From contig JBJDXR010000038.1 of the NCBI GenBank assembly GCA_051866775.1, positions 175-64,174 of the forward strand: 64,000 nucleotides of DNA, written 5' to 3'. The position numbers and the translations under genes were made by a program. The notes under the pieces are model-generated. The model did no database searches and was not told the origin of the DNA. It saw only the letters and a list, made by a program, of their open reading frames with translations. The stretch comes from Oscillospiraceae bacterium (GTDB lineage: Bacteria > Bacillota > Clostridia > Oscillospirales > Oscillospiraceae). Positions 16,483 through 26,278 of the stretch are shown here, in pieces (position 1 is the stretch's first letter; each line of letters starts with the position of its first letter).

Positions 16483-17625
16483 TCAATCCTCCGCCGGGGT
16501 ATGTATATAGGCCGAAAAAGCGCCCGCAGCGACAACGGACCCATCGTCTCTCAGTATGACGTCCTCCGTACCCGCGGCACATTCAAAGCCTTCGCTGTCC
16601 GACATATCACGATTATAAACCGTTATCCTTCCGGAGTAAAGTGCCGCGACGCCGTACTTTCCGGCGTCCATACCAAGGATATCGCCGTCAGCAAGGACCG
16701 AGCCAAGCTCAGTTCCGTCGTCCCCAACGGTGACAAGGTATCTGTCGCCTCCCACCTGATAGTCGCCAATACCAAGGGCCGTAAAGCTGTCTCCAAAGCT
16801 GTACCGGTCTATATACCGGCCGGAGAAATCGTACACAGCCGTCTCCTCAAGCTTATCATCAAAGTAGATCACACTCTCAGTTGAAACTGCAGCAATACCC
16901 TTACCGCAGAAGTCCGCGTCTATAATAAGCCCCGGAAAGTTATAGCGGGCGCTCTCCTGCTCGCTTGTAAGAGGCATCAGAACCAGGCTGCTGCCACCCT
17001 CTCCAACTGTTAAGACCAGCAGCTCCGAGCCTCCCTTGACGTCAGCGGACAGCACCCTTGCAGAACCTGCAGACCATTTATAAATATCCGTCCCGTTAGA
17101 ATTATATACCGTGACGGAGCCAAGATATCCACTTTCCTCCGTGCAAACGCACATATATCCGTCACTGTTTACCGAGACTGACAGCACGGCATGTTCAGTC
17201 TCAAGCTCACATATTATCTTATCCGCGCTGAAAAATATGACGGAATTTCCGCCTATATCGCAGGCGGCGCCATATTTTCCCGCCGTCCATAGGGCTGCAT
17301 CCCCGAAGGAAAAAAGCCGTGAGAATACTTCCTCTCCCTGTTCGTCAAAGACGCTGAGACCGGATTCCGACATTACCGCTAAACCGTCGCCCACGCTCCC
17401 AAACACTCCTCCGGAGGCGTTTTCGTAATAGATCTCCAAAACCGTGTTTTTCCCGGTTATAGACTGCCAAAGCTTCTTAAAGCCGCCGGCCTCCCCGCTC
17501 TTTACGGCAAGCGCCGCTGCCACGATCGCCACAGCTAAGAGCATCATAATAAGCAATATGCGCAGAAAACCGCTCTTTTTCTTCGGTGTATCTTCCATAA
17601 CAAAATCCTGAGCCGTCTGGCGCAT
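16483..17625 (-). CDS. Membrane-anchored protein with repeated beta-rich segments (DUF5711-like; function unknown)
   Basis: One N-terminal TM (FLRILLIMMLLAVAIVAAALAV) followed by repetitive G/S/V-rich strands. The family name is from memory only. Confidence 0.6.
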   Translation of the reverse strand: MRQTAQDFVMEDTPKKKSGFLRILLIMMLLAVAIVAAALAVKSGEAGGFKKLWQSITGKNTVLEIYYENASGGVFGSVGDGLAVMSESGLSVFDEQGEEVFSRLFSFGDAALWTAGKYGAACDIGGNSVIFFSADKIICELETEHAVLSVSVNSDGYMCVCTEESGYLGSVTVYNSNGTDIYKWSAGSARVLSADVKGGSELLVLTVGEGGSSLVLMPLTSEQESARYNFPGLIIDADFCGKGIAAVSTESVIYFDDKLEETAVYDFSGRYIDRYSFGDSFTALGIGDYQVGGDRYLVTVGDDGTELGSVLADGDILGMDAGKYGVAALYSGRITVYNRDMSDSEGFECAAGTEDVILRDDGSVVAAGAFSAYIHTPAED

Positions 17626-17727
17626 GTTTACACAGTATCGCCATCGGTCGTTATAGCAAAGTATAAAGCCGCATAACAGCCGCTCTGCGGTTATTATATC
17701 ACAACTATTCTATTAATGCAAAAAATG

Positions 17728-18489
17728 TCAGGACATCATCTCTCCTACGGCCCCGTCGTACCACACACGCGTAAGATACAGTCCCTGAGGAGGCACCGTG
17801 GGACCTGTAAGCCTCCTGTCACGAGTCTCCAGTATTGACGGTATATCCCCCGGAGAGAGCTTACCCTCAGAGCAATATATCACTGTCCCCATTATCGCCC
17901 TTACCATATTGTAAAGGAATCCGTCTGCACAGACCCGCATACTTATCTCCTGTCCGCTCTGCTCAATGTCGCAATAGTATATGGTCCGCACAGTGGTCTT
18001 TGTCTCCGTCCCCACGGATCGCACAGCGGCAAAATCATGTGTGCCCACAAACTGCCGGGCGGCGGCTCTCATTATGTCCGGCTTAAGGGGCACAGGGTAG
18101 AAATACGCACGGCTGCGGCTGAAAGGGTCGCGGATTCGGGAATTTATTATCCTATAGGTATACTCCTTTTTTATACATGAAAGTATGGCGTTAAAGTCCT
18201 CCGGCGCGTCCACCGCCGCCGTCACGGCTATGTCCTCCGGCAGCAGGGTGTTCACCGCGAGGGGAAGCCTCTCATTTGGAATGGAGGTGGCGCTTCTGAA
18301 ATTGGCGCAGTAGCATGAGGCATGTACTCCCGCGTCAGTCCTTCCGCAGCCAGTAAGCTTCACCCGCTCTCCGGTCAGGCGGCTTAAGGTTTCCTCAAGC
18401 GTCCCGGCTACAGTTTTATCCGTTTTCTGCACCTGCCAGCCGTGATAATTTGTCCCGTCATACATAAGACGCATGGCTATGTTTCTCAT
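17728..18489 (-). CDS. truA: tRNA pseudouridine(38-40) synthase TruA
   Basis: MRLMYDGTNYHGWQVQ and GCGRTDAGVHA (catalytic Asp) motifs. Conserved position downstream of ecfT. Confidence 0.95.
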   Translation of the reverse strand: MRNIAMRLMYDGTNYHGWQVQKTDKTVAGTLEETLSRLTGERVKLTGCGRTDAGVHASCYCANFRSATSIPNERLPLAVNTLLPEDIAVTAAVDAPEDFNAILSCIKKEYTYRIINSRIRDPFSRSRAYFYPVPLKPDIMRAAARQFVGTHDFAAVRSVGTETKTTVRTIYYCDIEQSGQEISMRVCADGFLYNMVRAIMGTVIYCSEGKLSPGDIPSILETRDRRLTGPTVPPQGLYLTRVWYDGAVGEMMS

Positions 18490-18499
18490 TAGCTTCCTC

Positions 18500-19306
18500 T
18501 CACAGTCCGAAGTGCGCCAGCGTTATTACCCCCGCCAGCACTACAGCGCTCATGCACAGGGAGATCACATCCCGCGAGGACATCTTCAGCACATTAAGGC
18601 GCGTTCTGCCGTCATCTCCGTGGTAACAGCGGCTCTCCATCGCAATAGCCAGCTCATCAGCCCTTCTGAAGGCCGATATAAAGAGCGGCACAAGTATAGG
18701 CAGCAGCGCCTTGGCCTTCTGAATGAGGTTTCCCGTATCAAACTCCGCTCCGCGGGCCTTCTGGGCGCTCATTATCTTGTCAGTCTCCTCTACGAGCGTG
18801 GGTATCAGCCTGAGGGCCATGCTCATCATCATGGCAAGCTCGTGTACCGGGACCTTGATCTTCTTAAGCGGCCCCAGCAGAAGCTCGATGCCGTAGGTGA
18901 GCATTATAGGCGAGGTAGTATACGTAAGCATGAAGGTACCCATTATGAGCATAACTATCCTCAGCGCCATAAAAACGGCGTTGATGCAGCCTTCCTTTGT
19001 TATCTTGAATATCCAAAACTGTACAAGGATTTCGCCCTGAGAATAGAAGATATTCAGCACAGCCGTGAGAATTATTACAAAAAGCAGAGGCTTTACGCCT
19101 TTAAAGAGCGTCTTGAGGCTTATTTTCGCAATGGATATCACAGACGCCAAAACTACGAGCATCACCCCGTATGATATCCAGCTCTCAGCGACAAAAAGCG
19201 CTATGATATATACCAGCACCAGCAGAATCTTAGTGCGTGGATCCATGCGGTGAATGACGGTATTCCCGGGAAAATACTGTCCCAGCGTAATATCTTTAAG
19301 CATCAA
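18500..19306 (-). CDS. ecfT: Energy-coupling-factor transporter transmembrane subunit EcfT
   Basis: MLKDITLGQYFPGNTVIHRMDPRTK start. Multi-TM protein with ARG/ALR coupling-helix motifs (SAQKARGAEF). Overlaps the ecfA2 stop by 11 nt. Confidence 0.9.
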   Translation of the reverse strand: MMLKDITLGQYFPGNTVIHRMDPRTKILLVLVYIIALFVAESWISYGVMLVVLASVISIAKISLKTLFKGVKPLLFVIILTAVLNIFYSQGEILVQFWIFKITKEGCINAVFMALRIVMLIMGTFMLTYTTSPIMLTYGIELLLGPLKKIKVPVHELAMMMSMALRLIPTLVEETDKIMSAQKARGAEFDTGNLIQKAKALLPILVPLFISAFRRADELAIAMESRCYHGDDGRTRLNVLKMSSRDVISLCMSAVVLAGVITLAHFGL

Positions 19307-20168
19307 GCGCGCCCCCTTTTAGAGCGAGCAGCGCGTTTTTCATCTGCTCCACCGTGTATATGGATTCAGGGAGCTTAACGCCCATATCCCGCAGCCTGTC
19401 GGCAAGGACCGTCATCTCCGGCACGGCAAGCCCCATGGCGGAGAGCTCCTTACCGTGGGAGAACACCTCCTCAGGCGTGCCGTCCATGGCCACATGGCCG
19501 CCGTTCATAACTATCATCCGCTGTGCGTGGCGGGCAGCCTCCTCCATGCTGTGTGTAACGATCAGTATAGCGGCGCCCGTCTCCTTATGATAACCCATAA
19601 GATTATCCATAATATCCCGGCGCCCCGCGGGATCAAGCCCAGCCATAGGCTCGTCCAGGATAAGCACTTCCGGAAGCATGGCTATCACCCCGGCGATAGC
19701 TATGCGCCGCTTCTGCCCACCCGACAGGTCAAACGGGGAGCGCTCAAGAAGCTCCTCATCTATCCCTACAAAGCCGGCGGAGGCGCGCACCCGCACGTCG
19801 ATCTCATCAGGCGTAAGTCCCATATTCTTTGGGCCGAAGGCGATGTCCTTAAACACCGTCTCCTCAAAAAGCTGGTACTCAGGGTATTGGAAAACAAGCC
19901 CCACCTTCGAGCGGACCTCCCTGACGGACTGCTTTGACTCATTGATATCCCGCCCGTTAAAATACACCTTGCCGCCGGTTGGCTTTATAAGTGCGTTCAG
20001 GTGCTGGATAAGCGTGGACTTTCCGGAGCCTGTGTGGCCGATGATCCCGATTATCTCTCCCCGCTGTATCTCAATATTCACGTCCTCAATGGCCGCAAGC
20101 TCAAATGGCGTGCCCTCGGAATAGACGTGAGATAAATTTTCAATTTTAAGTATAGGGGTCTTGTTCAT
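19296..20168 (-). CDS. ecfA2: ECF transporter ATPase EcfA2
   Basis: Walker A GHTGSGKST, signature LSGGQKRR and Walker B ILDEP. Second ATPase in the conserved ecfA1-ecfA2-ecfT order. Confidence 0.9.
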   Translation of the reverse strand: MNKTPILKIENLSHVYSEGTPFELAAIEDVNIEIQRGEIIGIIGHTGSGKSTLIQHLNALIKPTGGKVYFNGRDINESKQSVREVRSKVGLVFQYPEYQLFEETVFKDIAFGPKNMGLTPDEIDVRVRASAGFVGIDEELLERSPFDLSGGQKRRIAIAGVIAMLPEVLILDEPMAGLDPAGRRDIMDNLMGYHKETGAAILIVTHSMEEAARHAQRMIVMNGGHVAMDGTPEEVFSHGKELSAMGLAVPEMTVLADRLRDMGVKLPESIYTVEQMKNALLALKGGALDA

Positions 20169-20229
20169 AGGCTTCCTTTCGGTGCAGCTCCCTTTTTATG
20201 AGATGCCGCCCATAAAAACAGCGTTAAAA

Positions 20230-21099
20230 TTATTTTCTCACGCCGAGGTATTCTGCCAGAGCGTCAGCACACTCATCAACAGACAGCGCGTCAAGGGGGA
20301 CGTCAAGCCCCTCCTTGCTAAGCTCATACATCAGCTGTGTGGTGCCGGGTACCGTAAGCCCAAGTAAGTTAAGCTCCTCCACCCGGACAAAAACCTCCTT
20401 AGGCGTCCCATCCATCACCACATGGCCGTCGGACATGACGACGACACGGTCGGCTTTAGCCGCCTCCTCCATATGGTGGGTTATGAGTATAACGGTGGTC
20501 CCGTTTTCATATCTCAGCTTGTGGATTATATTCATGACATCCGCCCGGCCCCTCGGGTCAAGCATAGCTGTCGGCTCGTCAAATACAACGCACTTCGGGC
20601 GCATGGCCAATACCCCGGCAATGGCTATCCGCTGCTTCTGCCCTCCGGAGAGCAGGTGCGGAGCGTGGTTGCGAAACTCATACATGCCTACGGTCTTGAG
20701 GGCTTCGTCAACACGCCTGCGGATCTCCTCCGACGGCACGCCCAGATTCTCCGGTGCGAAGGCCACATCCTCCTCCACCACATTTGAGACGATCTGGTTA
20801 TCGGGGTTCTGAAACACCATCCCCACACGGCTGCGGATGTCAAACAGCACGCTCTCATCCTTGGTATCCATCCCGAATATCGTGACCGTGCCGCCCTTGG
20901 GCAGCAGAAGGGCGTTTAAGTGCTTTGCGAAAGTAGATTTTCCCGAGCCGTTGTGGCCAAGGATCGCCACAAATGTGCTGTCCTCAATGTCTAAGCTCAC
21001 ATTATCCAGTACGTCGGGTATATCATTATTCTCCGCACCCTCTTCAGTATTATAAAAATAAGTCAGATTTTCAACTTTAATGGCGATATTATCTTTCAT
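20230..21099 (-). CDS. ecfA1: ECF transporter ATPase EcfA1
   Basis: The start is moved to the ATG at 21099 (MKDNIAIKVENLTYFY). The track's 42-codon 5' extension lies inside the upstream gene. Walker A GHNGSGKST, signature LSGGQKQR and Walker B VFDEP are present. Confidence 0.9.
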   Translation of the reverse strand: MKDNIAIKVENLTYFYNTEEGAENNDIPDVLDNVSLDIEDSTFVAILGHNGSGKSTFAKHLNALLLPKGGTVTIFGMDTKDESVLFDIRSRVGMVFQNPDNQIVSNVVEEDVAFAPENLGVPSEEIRRRVDEALKTVGMYEFRNHAPHLLSGGQKQRIAIAGVLAMRPKCVVFDEPTAMLDPRGRADVMNIIHKLRYENGTTVILITHHMEEAAKADRVVVMSDGHVVMDGTPKEVFVRVEELNLLGLTVPGTTQLMYELSKEGLDVPLDALSVDECADALAEYLGVRK

Positions 21100-21961
21100 T
21101 TCCAAATTCCATTCTGCATGCGGCTCCGCACGGAAGGCACAGGCCGCTGGCCGACACCGGCAGGCCAAGCTCCTCGCTTCTGGCTTGTCCGCCGAATTTT
21201 CTTCCGAATACCGACTGGGCAACATACGTAAGCGTTGATGCTGAAAGTCCCGTGGTGTAGGAGTTTATTATGACAAAAAGCGGGTCGTCGGACAGTACGT
21301 CCGCACAGAGCCTGACAAACGGCACAAGGTCGCTTTCAAGCTTCCAGACCTCTCCCCCGGGTCCGCGGCCATAGGAGGGCGGATCCATTATTATGGCGTC
21401 GTACTTATGCCCCCTGCGGGCCTCCCTCTGGATGAATTTCGCGCAGTCGTCAACTATCCATCTGACGGCTCTGTCCGCCACGCCGGAGGAGGCGGCGTTC
21501 TCCTTCGCCCACTGCACCATGCCCTTCGCCGCGTCAACATGGCATACAGAGGCTCCCGCCTTAAGGGCGGCCACAGAGGCCGCGCCCGTATATGCAAATA
21601 AGTTAAGCACGCTTATCGGCCTTCCTGCGCCTCGTATCTTTTCCATGGCGTAATCCCAGTTTGCCGCCTGCTCCGGAAAAACTCCGGTGTGCTTAAAGTT
21701 CATGGGCTTAACGTTAAGCGTAAGCTCCCCGTAGCTTATCTGCCAGCTCTCCAAGGTCTCCGACTTGTCCCATGAGCCTCCGCCCGTGGATGAGCGCTTG
21801 TACCTGGCGTCGGCTCTGCGCCATCTGGGATCCTTTTTGGGAGTGTCCCATATCACCTGGGGATCCGGCCTTATAAGTATGCGATCCTTCCAGCGCTCAA
21901 GGCGCTCTCCCCCCGAGCAGTCAAGAAGCTCATAATCCTTCCACTTGTCAGCGACCCACAT
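21089..21961 (-). CDS. Class I SAM-dependent (RlmI/PF10672-like) methyltransferase
   Basis: The ATG at 21961 has a GGGAGA RBS. NLFAYTGAASVAA (SAM-binding glycine-rich loop) and IIMDPPSYGRG (DPP motif) are present. The stop overlaps the ecfA1 start. Confidence 0.8.
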   Translation of the reverse strand: MWVADKWKDYELLDCSGGERLERWKDRILIRPDPQVIWDTPKKDPRWRRADARYKRSSTGGGSWDKSETLESWQISYGELTLNVKPMNFKHTGVFPEQAANWDYAMEKIRGAGRPISVLNLFAYTGAASVAALKAGASVCHVDAAKGMVQWAKENAASSGVADRAVRWIVDDCAKFIQREARRGHKYDAIIMDPPSYGRGPGGEVWKLESDLVPFVRLCADVLSDDPLFVIINSYTTGLSASTLTYVAQSVFGRKFGGQARSEELGLPVSASGLCLPCGAACRMEFGNER

Positions 21962-22093
21962 GTCAAAATCTCCCAAAAAAATAATAGTATCCCTAATTAT
22001 ATGGTATCAAGTATTTATATCATTTTATCCGCTCAAAGTCAACCTGCACAAGGTATGGCTCTGCTTAATTTTTTGTAAACTCGACTTTACAGT

Positions 22094-22134
22094 GATAAAA
22101 ATAAAAACCGGCCTGCTAATGCAAGCCGGTTTTT
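22094..22134 (-). terminator. Intrinsic terminator after tRNA-Gly(CCC)
   Basis: 10-bp stem AAAAACCGGC/GCCGGTTTTT followed, on the minus strand, by UUUUUAUUUUU. Confidence 0.75.
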
Positions 22135-22137
22135 ATT

Positions 22138-22211
22138 TGGAGCGGATAATGGGAATCGAACCCACCTCTACGGCTTGGGAAGCCGTCATTCTACCGATGA
22201 ACTATATCCGC
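22138..22211 (-). tRNA. tRNA-Gly (anticodon CCC), CCA encoded
   Basis: Reverse complement GCGGATATAGTTCATCGGTAGAATGACGGCTTCCCAAGCCGTAGAGGTGGGTTCGATTCCCATTATCCGCTCCA folds by hand. Acceptor GCGGATA/TATCCGC, anticodon stem ACGGC/GCCGT, loop TTCCCAA, T arm GTGGG-TTCGATT-CCCAT. Confidence 0.93.
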
Positions 22212-22226
22212 GTTTTGCATTTTCAT

Positions 22227-22254
22227 ATTATAACAGAGTTTCGGAAAATTTCAA
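22227..22254 (-). promoter_or_regulatory. Sigma-A promoter for tRNA-Gly(CCC) (TTGAAA-N16-TATAAT)
   Basis: Reverse complement has TTGAAA (22254-22249) and TATAAT (22232-22227). The -10 ends about 15 nt before the tRNA 5' end. Confidence 0.6.
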
Positions 22255-22312
22255 GAGGAATATTTGATTCCCTGTCCACATATTCTTCATCAGACGAAAA
22301 GGGGGATGCCAA

Positions 22313-23524
22313 ATGAAAAAACTTGCCGTTTTTCTCTCCGCCGCGCTTCTGCTCTCCGTGAGCGCCGGAGCCGAGGAGCTTACAATGGAGATGGAGCCCT
22401 ACGAGGAGGTACCGGCGGCTGTGTTCGAAGAAGCCAACATTCCCACATTAGCGGAGGATATCGACATCCCCGCGCCGTCGGCCATACTAATTGAGAAAGA
22501 GACCGGGCAGGTGCTTTATGAAAAAAACGCAGACGAGCTGCTTGAGCCTGCCAGTGTCACAAAGGTCATGACCATACTCCTGATAGTTGAGGCCGTGGAC
22601 TCCGGCGCGATGTCCCTTGACGATATGATATCCGTCAGCGCAAGAGCGGCCAGCATGGGCGGCAGTCAGGTGTATCTTGAGGAGGGCGAGCAAATGCAGC
22701 TTTCCGAGATGCTCAAGTGCATCGTGGTCTCCTCGGCAAACGACGCCGCCGTGGCTGTGGCGGAGCACATGGCCGGTTCCGAGCAGGCCTTTGTAGCCCG
22801 CATGAACGAACGCGCCGCAGAGCTTAATATGACAAACACCAATTTTACAAACTGCACCGGTCTTTTAGAAAGCTCAGAACACAGGACCTCCGCACGTGAC
22901 ATTGCCATAATGGCAAGGGAGCTTATAAAGCACGACTGGATAAAGGAGTACACTACAATATGGATGGACACCATCCGCGACGGCACCTTCGGCCTGTCAA
23001 ACACCAATAAGCTCATACGCTTCTATTCCGGCGCCACCGGACTTAAAACGGGCTATACCAGCTCCGCCGGACACTGCCTTGCCGCCACAGCCGAGAGGGA
23101 CGGCGTTGAGTATATAGCCGTAGTTCTCCACTGTGCCTCCTCAGCAGATAGGTTTGAGAGTGCCAAAACGCTCTTAAGCTATGCCTTCGGGGCGTACACC
23201 CTTGTCTCCTCCGTACCTGACGAGGTGCTTCCTCCCATAAAGGTGACGCTGGGCGACGCCGACTACATACAGCCCGTGGTATCGGATTCTGCAGGGGTAC
23301 TGGTAAAAAAATCCGACTCCGCATCCATAACGAAGCAGGTCGAGCTTCTCGATAATCTCGATGCACCGGTGACCGCCGGTCAGACTGTGGGAACGCTGAC
23401 GCTCAGCCTAAACGGCGAGACACTGTCCGTCACGGACATCATCGCAGCGGATTCTGTGGAGCGGCTCACCTTCTGGGATATTGCCCGTGATATGCTGAAA
23501 ATCCTGTTCTTCGGGGAGGGGTAA
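22313..23524 (+). CDS. D-alanyl-D-alanine carboxypeptidase (S11 peptidase, PBP5/DacB-like)
   Basis: Signal peptide MKKLAVFLSAALLLSVSAGA. SxxK motif (ASVTKVM), SxN motif (SSAND) and KTG motif (GLKTGYT) are present. Confidence 0.9.
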   Translation: MKKLAVFLSAALLLSVSAGAEELTMEMEPYEEVPAAVFEEANIPTLAEDIDIPAPSAILIEKETGQVLYEKNADELLEPASVTKVMTILLIVEAVDSGAMSLDDMISVSARAASMGGSQVYLEEGEQMQLSEMLKCIVVSSANDAAVAVAEHMAGSEQAFVARMNERAAELNMTNTNFTNCTGLLESSEHRTSARDIAIMARELIKHDWIKEYTTIWMDTIRDGTFGLSNTNKLIRFYSGATGLKTGYTSSAGHCLAATAERDGVEYIAVVLHCASSADRFESAKTLLSYAFGAYTLVSSVPDEVLPPIKVTLGDADYIQPVVSDSAGVLVKKSDSASITKQVELLDNLDAPVTAGQTVGTLTLSLNGETLSVTDIIAADSVERLTFWDIARDMLKILFFGEG

Positions 23525-23568
23525 GTCTACGGACGCCTTATTGCCGCGGCACTCCACATAAGCTGTAT

Positions 23569-23598
23569 AAAGCCGCGGGACAATGTCCCGCGGCTTTT
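23569..23598. terminator. Terminator shared by the convergent dac and hydrogenase genes
   Basis: 10-bp stem AGCCGCGGGA/TCCCGCGGCT, loop CAATG, flanked by an A tract and a T tract. Confidence 0.75.
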
Positions 23599-23614
23599 AG
23601 CTTTAAGATTTAAA

Positions 23615-25348
23615 TCAATATACGCTTCTCTTCACATAGGTGGTGTGCAGAAGCTCATGAGCCTTGTGGCCGTTCGGCTCACCCAGATAGTTTTCATACA
23701 GCTCCTTGATGTTGGGGTTTTCATGGCTCTTGCGGTAGACAGAGGCCTCATCCTCGGAATAGAGGGCCTTTGCCCGGAGAGCGCGAAGATCCACACTGTT
23801 GCGTATGTAGCCGGGCTGGTGGGGCTGGCCGCCTCCGTTTACACAGCCGCCGGGGCAGCACATAACCTCAATAAAGGTATAATCCTTCTCTCCGGATTTC
23901 ACCATATCGAGAAGCTTCGCGGCATTGTTAAGGCCGGAAGTAACAGCGACCTTTACCTTTGTGCCGTCAAGGTCATATTCAGCCTCCTTGATGGCCTCCA
24001 CCCCGCGGACCTCATGGAACTCAGGCGGGTTGAGCTGCTTGCCGGTGACGACCTCATACACAGTACGGAGAGCCGCCTCCATAACGCCGCCGGTGGCTCC
24101 GAAGATGTGGCCGGCTCCCGAGGCGATACCGAACACAGGATCGCATTCCTCGTCAGGCAGAGAGGTAAACTCAATGCCGGCGCGCTTGATCATATTGGCC
24201 AGCTCCCGGGTGGTGATGGAAACGTCAACATCGGCAATACCGTCGCTGCCCAGCTCCGGACGCTGTGCCTCGAACTTCTTGGCCGTGCAGGGCATGACAG
24301 ATACCACGAAGATATCCTTCGGATCGATACCCGCCTTCTCGGCGTAATAGCTCTTGACTATCGCGCCGAACATACCCTGGGGGCTCTTGCAGGAGGAGAG
24401 ATTATCAATAAACTCCGGATAGTAGGTCTCACAGAACTTGACCCAGCCGGGGGAGCAGGAGGTTATCATCGGCAGCTTTCCGCCGTTTTTAAGGCGGCTT
24501 AAAAGCTCGGTGCCCTCCTCCATAATGGTAAGGTCGGCGGCAGTGTCAACATCAAAAACCTTGTCAAAGCCGAGGCGGCGGAGCGCGGCGATCATCTTAC
24601 CCTCCACATTAGTGCCTATCGGCATACCGAAGCATTCGCCCAGCTGTGCGCGTACAGACGGCGCGGGTCCGACTACAACATGCTTTGCCGGGTCTGCAAG
24701 CGCGGCCCAGACCTTTCCGGTGTCGTCCTTTTCCGTCAGCGCTCCCGTGGGACATACCGCAATGCACTGTCCGCAGTTTACGCAGGCTGTATCTGCAAGG
24801 TTCATATCAAAGGCTGAGGAGATGTGGGTGTCATAGCCACGCTCATTTGCGCCGATAACGCCGGTGAACTGGTTCTTGCGGCATACGGCCACACAGCGGC
24901 GGCACAGGATACACTTGGAGTTATCGCGTACCAGGTGAACGGCGGAGTCGTCAATATCCGGCTCGAGATCCGGCCTGCCGTATTTATACTGGTCAACCCC
25001 ATACTCCCGCGCCAGCGCCTGAAGCTCACAGTCGGTACTGCGGACACAGGACAGGCAGTCCATTCTGTGGTTGGAGAGTATAAGCTCAAGTGTCTTTTTG
25101 CGGTTCTCCCTGAGCGCCGGGGTATTGGTCTGGACCTCCATCCCTTCAGTTACAGGATAGACGCACGCAGCGGCAAGTGCCCTTGCGCCCTTCACCTCAC
25201 AAAGACACATACGGCAGGCACCTATGGCGTTTACGTCTTTAAGATAGCACAATGTAGGAATACGGATCCCGGCGCTCTGTGCGGCCTCAAGGATAGTACT
25301 CCCCTCCGGCACCGTTACCGATATACCATTTATGGTAAGATTAACCAT
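23615..25348 (-). CDS. hydA: Monomeric [FeFe] hydrogenase (CpI-like, group A)
   Basis: 577 aa. N-terminal 2Fe-2S ferredoxin-like domain and CxxCxxCxxxCP clusters. H-cluster motifs TSCSPGWV, MPCTAKKFE and MCCPGGCVNGGGQP are present. Confidence 0.95.
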   Translation of the reverse strand: MVNLTINGISVTVPEGSTILEAAQSAGIRIPTLCYLKDVNAIGACRMCLCEVKGARALAAACVYPVTEGMEVQTNTPALRENRKKTLELILSNHRMDCLSCVRSTDCELQALAREYGVDQYKYGRPDLEPDIDDSAVHLVRDNSKCILCRRCVAVCRKNQFTGVIGANERGYDTHISSAFDMNLADTACVNCGQCIAVCPTGALTEKDDTGKVWAALADPAKHVVVGPAPSVRAQLGECFGMPIGTNVEGKMIAALRRLGFDKVFDVDTAADLTIMEEGTELLSRLKNGGKLPMITSCSPGWVKFCETYYPEFIDNLSSCKSPQGMFGAIVKSYYAEKAGIDPKDIFVVSVMPCTAKKFEAQRPELGSDGIADVDVSITTRELANMIKRAGIEFTSLPDEECDPVFGIASGAGHIFGATGGVMEAALRTVYEVVTGKQLNPPEFHEVRGVEAIKEAEYDLDGTKVKVAVTSGLNNAAKLLDMVKSGEKDYTFIEVMCCPGGCVNGGGQPHQPGYIRNSVDLRALRAKALYSEDEASVYRKSHENPNIKELYENYLGEPNGHKAHELLHTTYVKRSVY

Positions 25349-25403
25349 TACCTCAGCTCCTTCAAAACCTTCAAAAATTGTATAATTGTATCTACATTAC
25401 AAC

Positions 25404-25431
25404 ACAAAAAACACAGGGGCAAACGCCCCTA
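25404..25431 (-). terminator. Intrinsic terminator-like hairpin in the fabG-like/hydA intergenic region
   Basis: Minus strand reads AGGGGC-GUUU-GCCCCU followed by GUGUUUUUU. Confidence 0.6.
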
Positions 25432-25441
25432 CTTTGTTATA

Positions 25442-25470
25442 AATATAACAGACTTCAGCCTCTTTGTCAA
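25442..25470 (-). promoter_or_regulatory. Consensus-like promoter (TTGACA-N17-TATATT) immediately upstream of the hairpin at 25404-25431
   Basis: Reverse complement has TTGACA at 25470-25465 and TATATT at 25447-25442. Confidence 0.35.
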
Positions 25471-25555
25471 CGGGAAGGGTCTTTAAATCTGCTTGATGTG
25501 CAATTTTTTTAAATCATTTCATAAAACTCCGCAATATGTACTAAATTTCGAACAT

Positions 25556-26263
25556 TTAAACAGCAAATCCGCCGTCGGCACTTATTATCTGCCCCGTTAT
25601 GAACGACGCCTTGTCCGACGCCAGAAACGCAGCAAGCTCCGCAACCTCCTGAGCCGTTCCGAGACGGCACAAAGGGGTCTCCTCGCAAAGCTCCCGCACC
25701 GTCTCAGGGGTAAGGCTGCCGTTCATCTCCGTATCTATGACGCCGGGTGCGATACAGTTTACCGTTATCCCCGACGGTCCCAGCTCCTTACTCAGCGCCT
25801 TGGTCATCCCGATGAGCGCGGCCTTGGAGGCGGAATAAGCCACCTCGCAGGAGGCCCCGCGCAGTCCCCACATTGAGGAAATAATTATTATCCTCCCCCA
25901 CTTTTCATGCACCATATGCGGTATGGCCATACGGCAGGCATTGTAAGCCCCCTCCACATTTACGGCAAATATCCGGCGCCACTCTTCCGGTGAGGTGTCT
26001 GTAAAAAGCTTCTGAAGAGCAATCCCCGCGTTTACCACCAGAATATCCACGTTTCCGACAGCTTTAAACATTTTTTCCACAGAAGCCGGGTCGGAGACAT
26101 CTGCCATAAGAGCCTCTCCGCCTATCTGATACGCCGTATCCTCCGCCTGCTCGCGGCTTTTAAGGTAGTTTACCGCAACAAAATGCCCCTCCCGGGCAAG
26201 CGCCTGGGCGCAGGCCCTTCCAATTCCCCGGGAAGCTCCGGTAACAAGTGCACGTTTTTTCAT
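25556..26263 (-). CDS. SDR-family oxidoreductase, FabG-like (3-oxoacyl-ACP reductase-like)
   Basis: TGASRGIG, NAG, and S...YSASK catalytic residues. 235 aa. Confidence 0.85.
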   Translation of the reverse strand: MKKRALVTGASRGIGRACAQALAREGHFVAVNYLKSREQAEDTAYQIGGEALMADVSDPASVEKMFKAVGNVDILVVNAGIALQKLFTDTSPEEWRRIFAVNVEGAYNACRMAIPHMVHEKWGRIIIISSMWGLRGASCEVAYSASKAALIGMTKALSKELGPSGITVNCIAPGVIDTEMNGSLTPETVRELCEETPLCRLGTAQEVAELAAFLASDKASFITGQIISADGGFAV

Positions 26264-26278
26264 ACCTATTCTCCTGCT

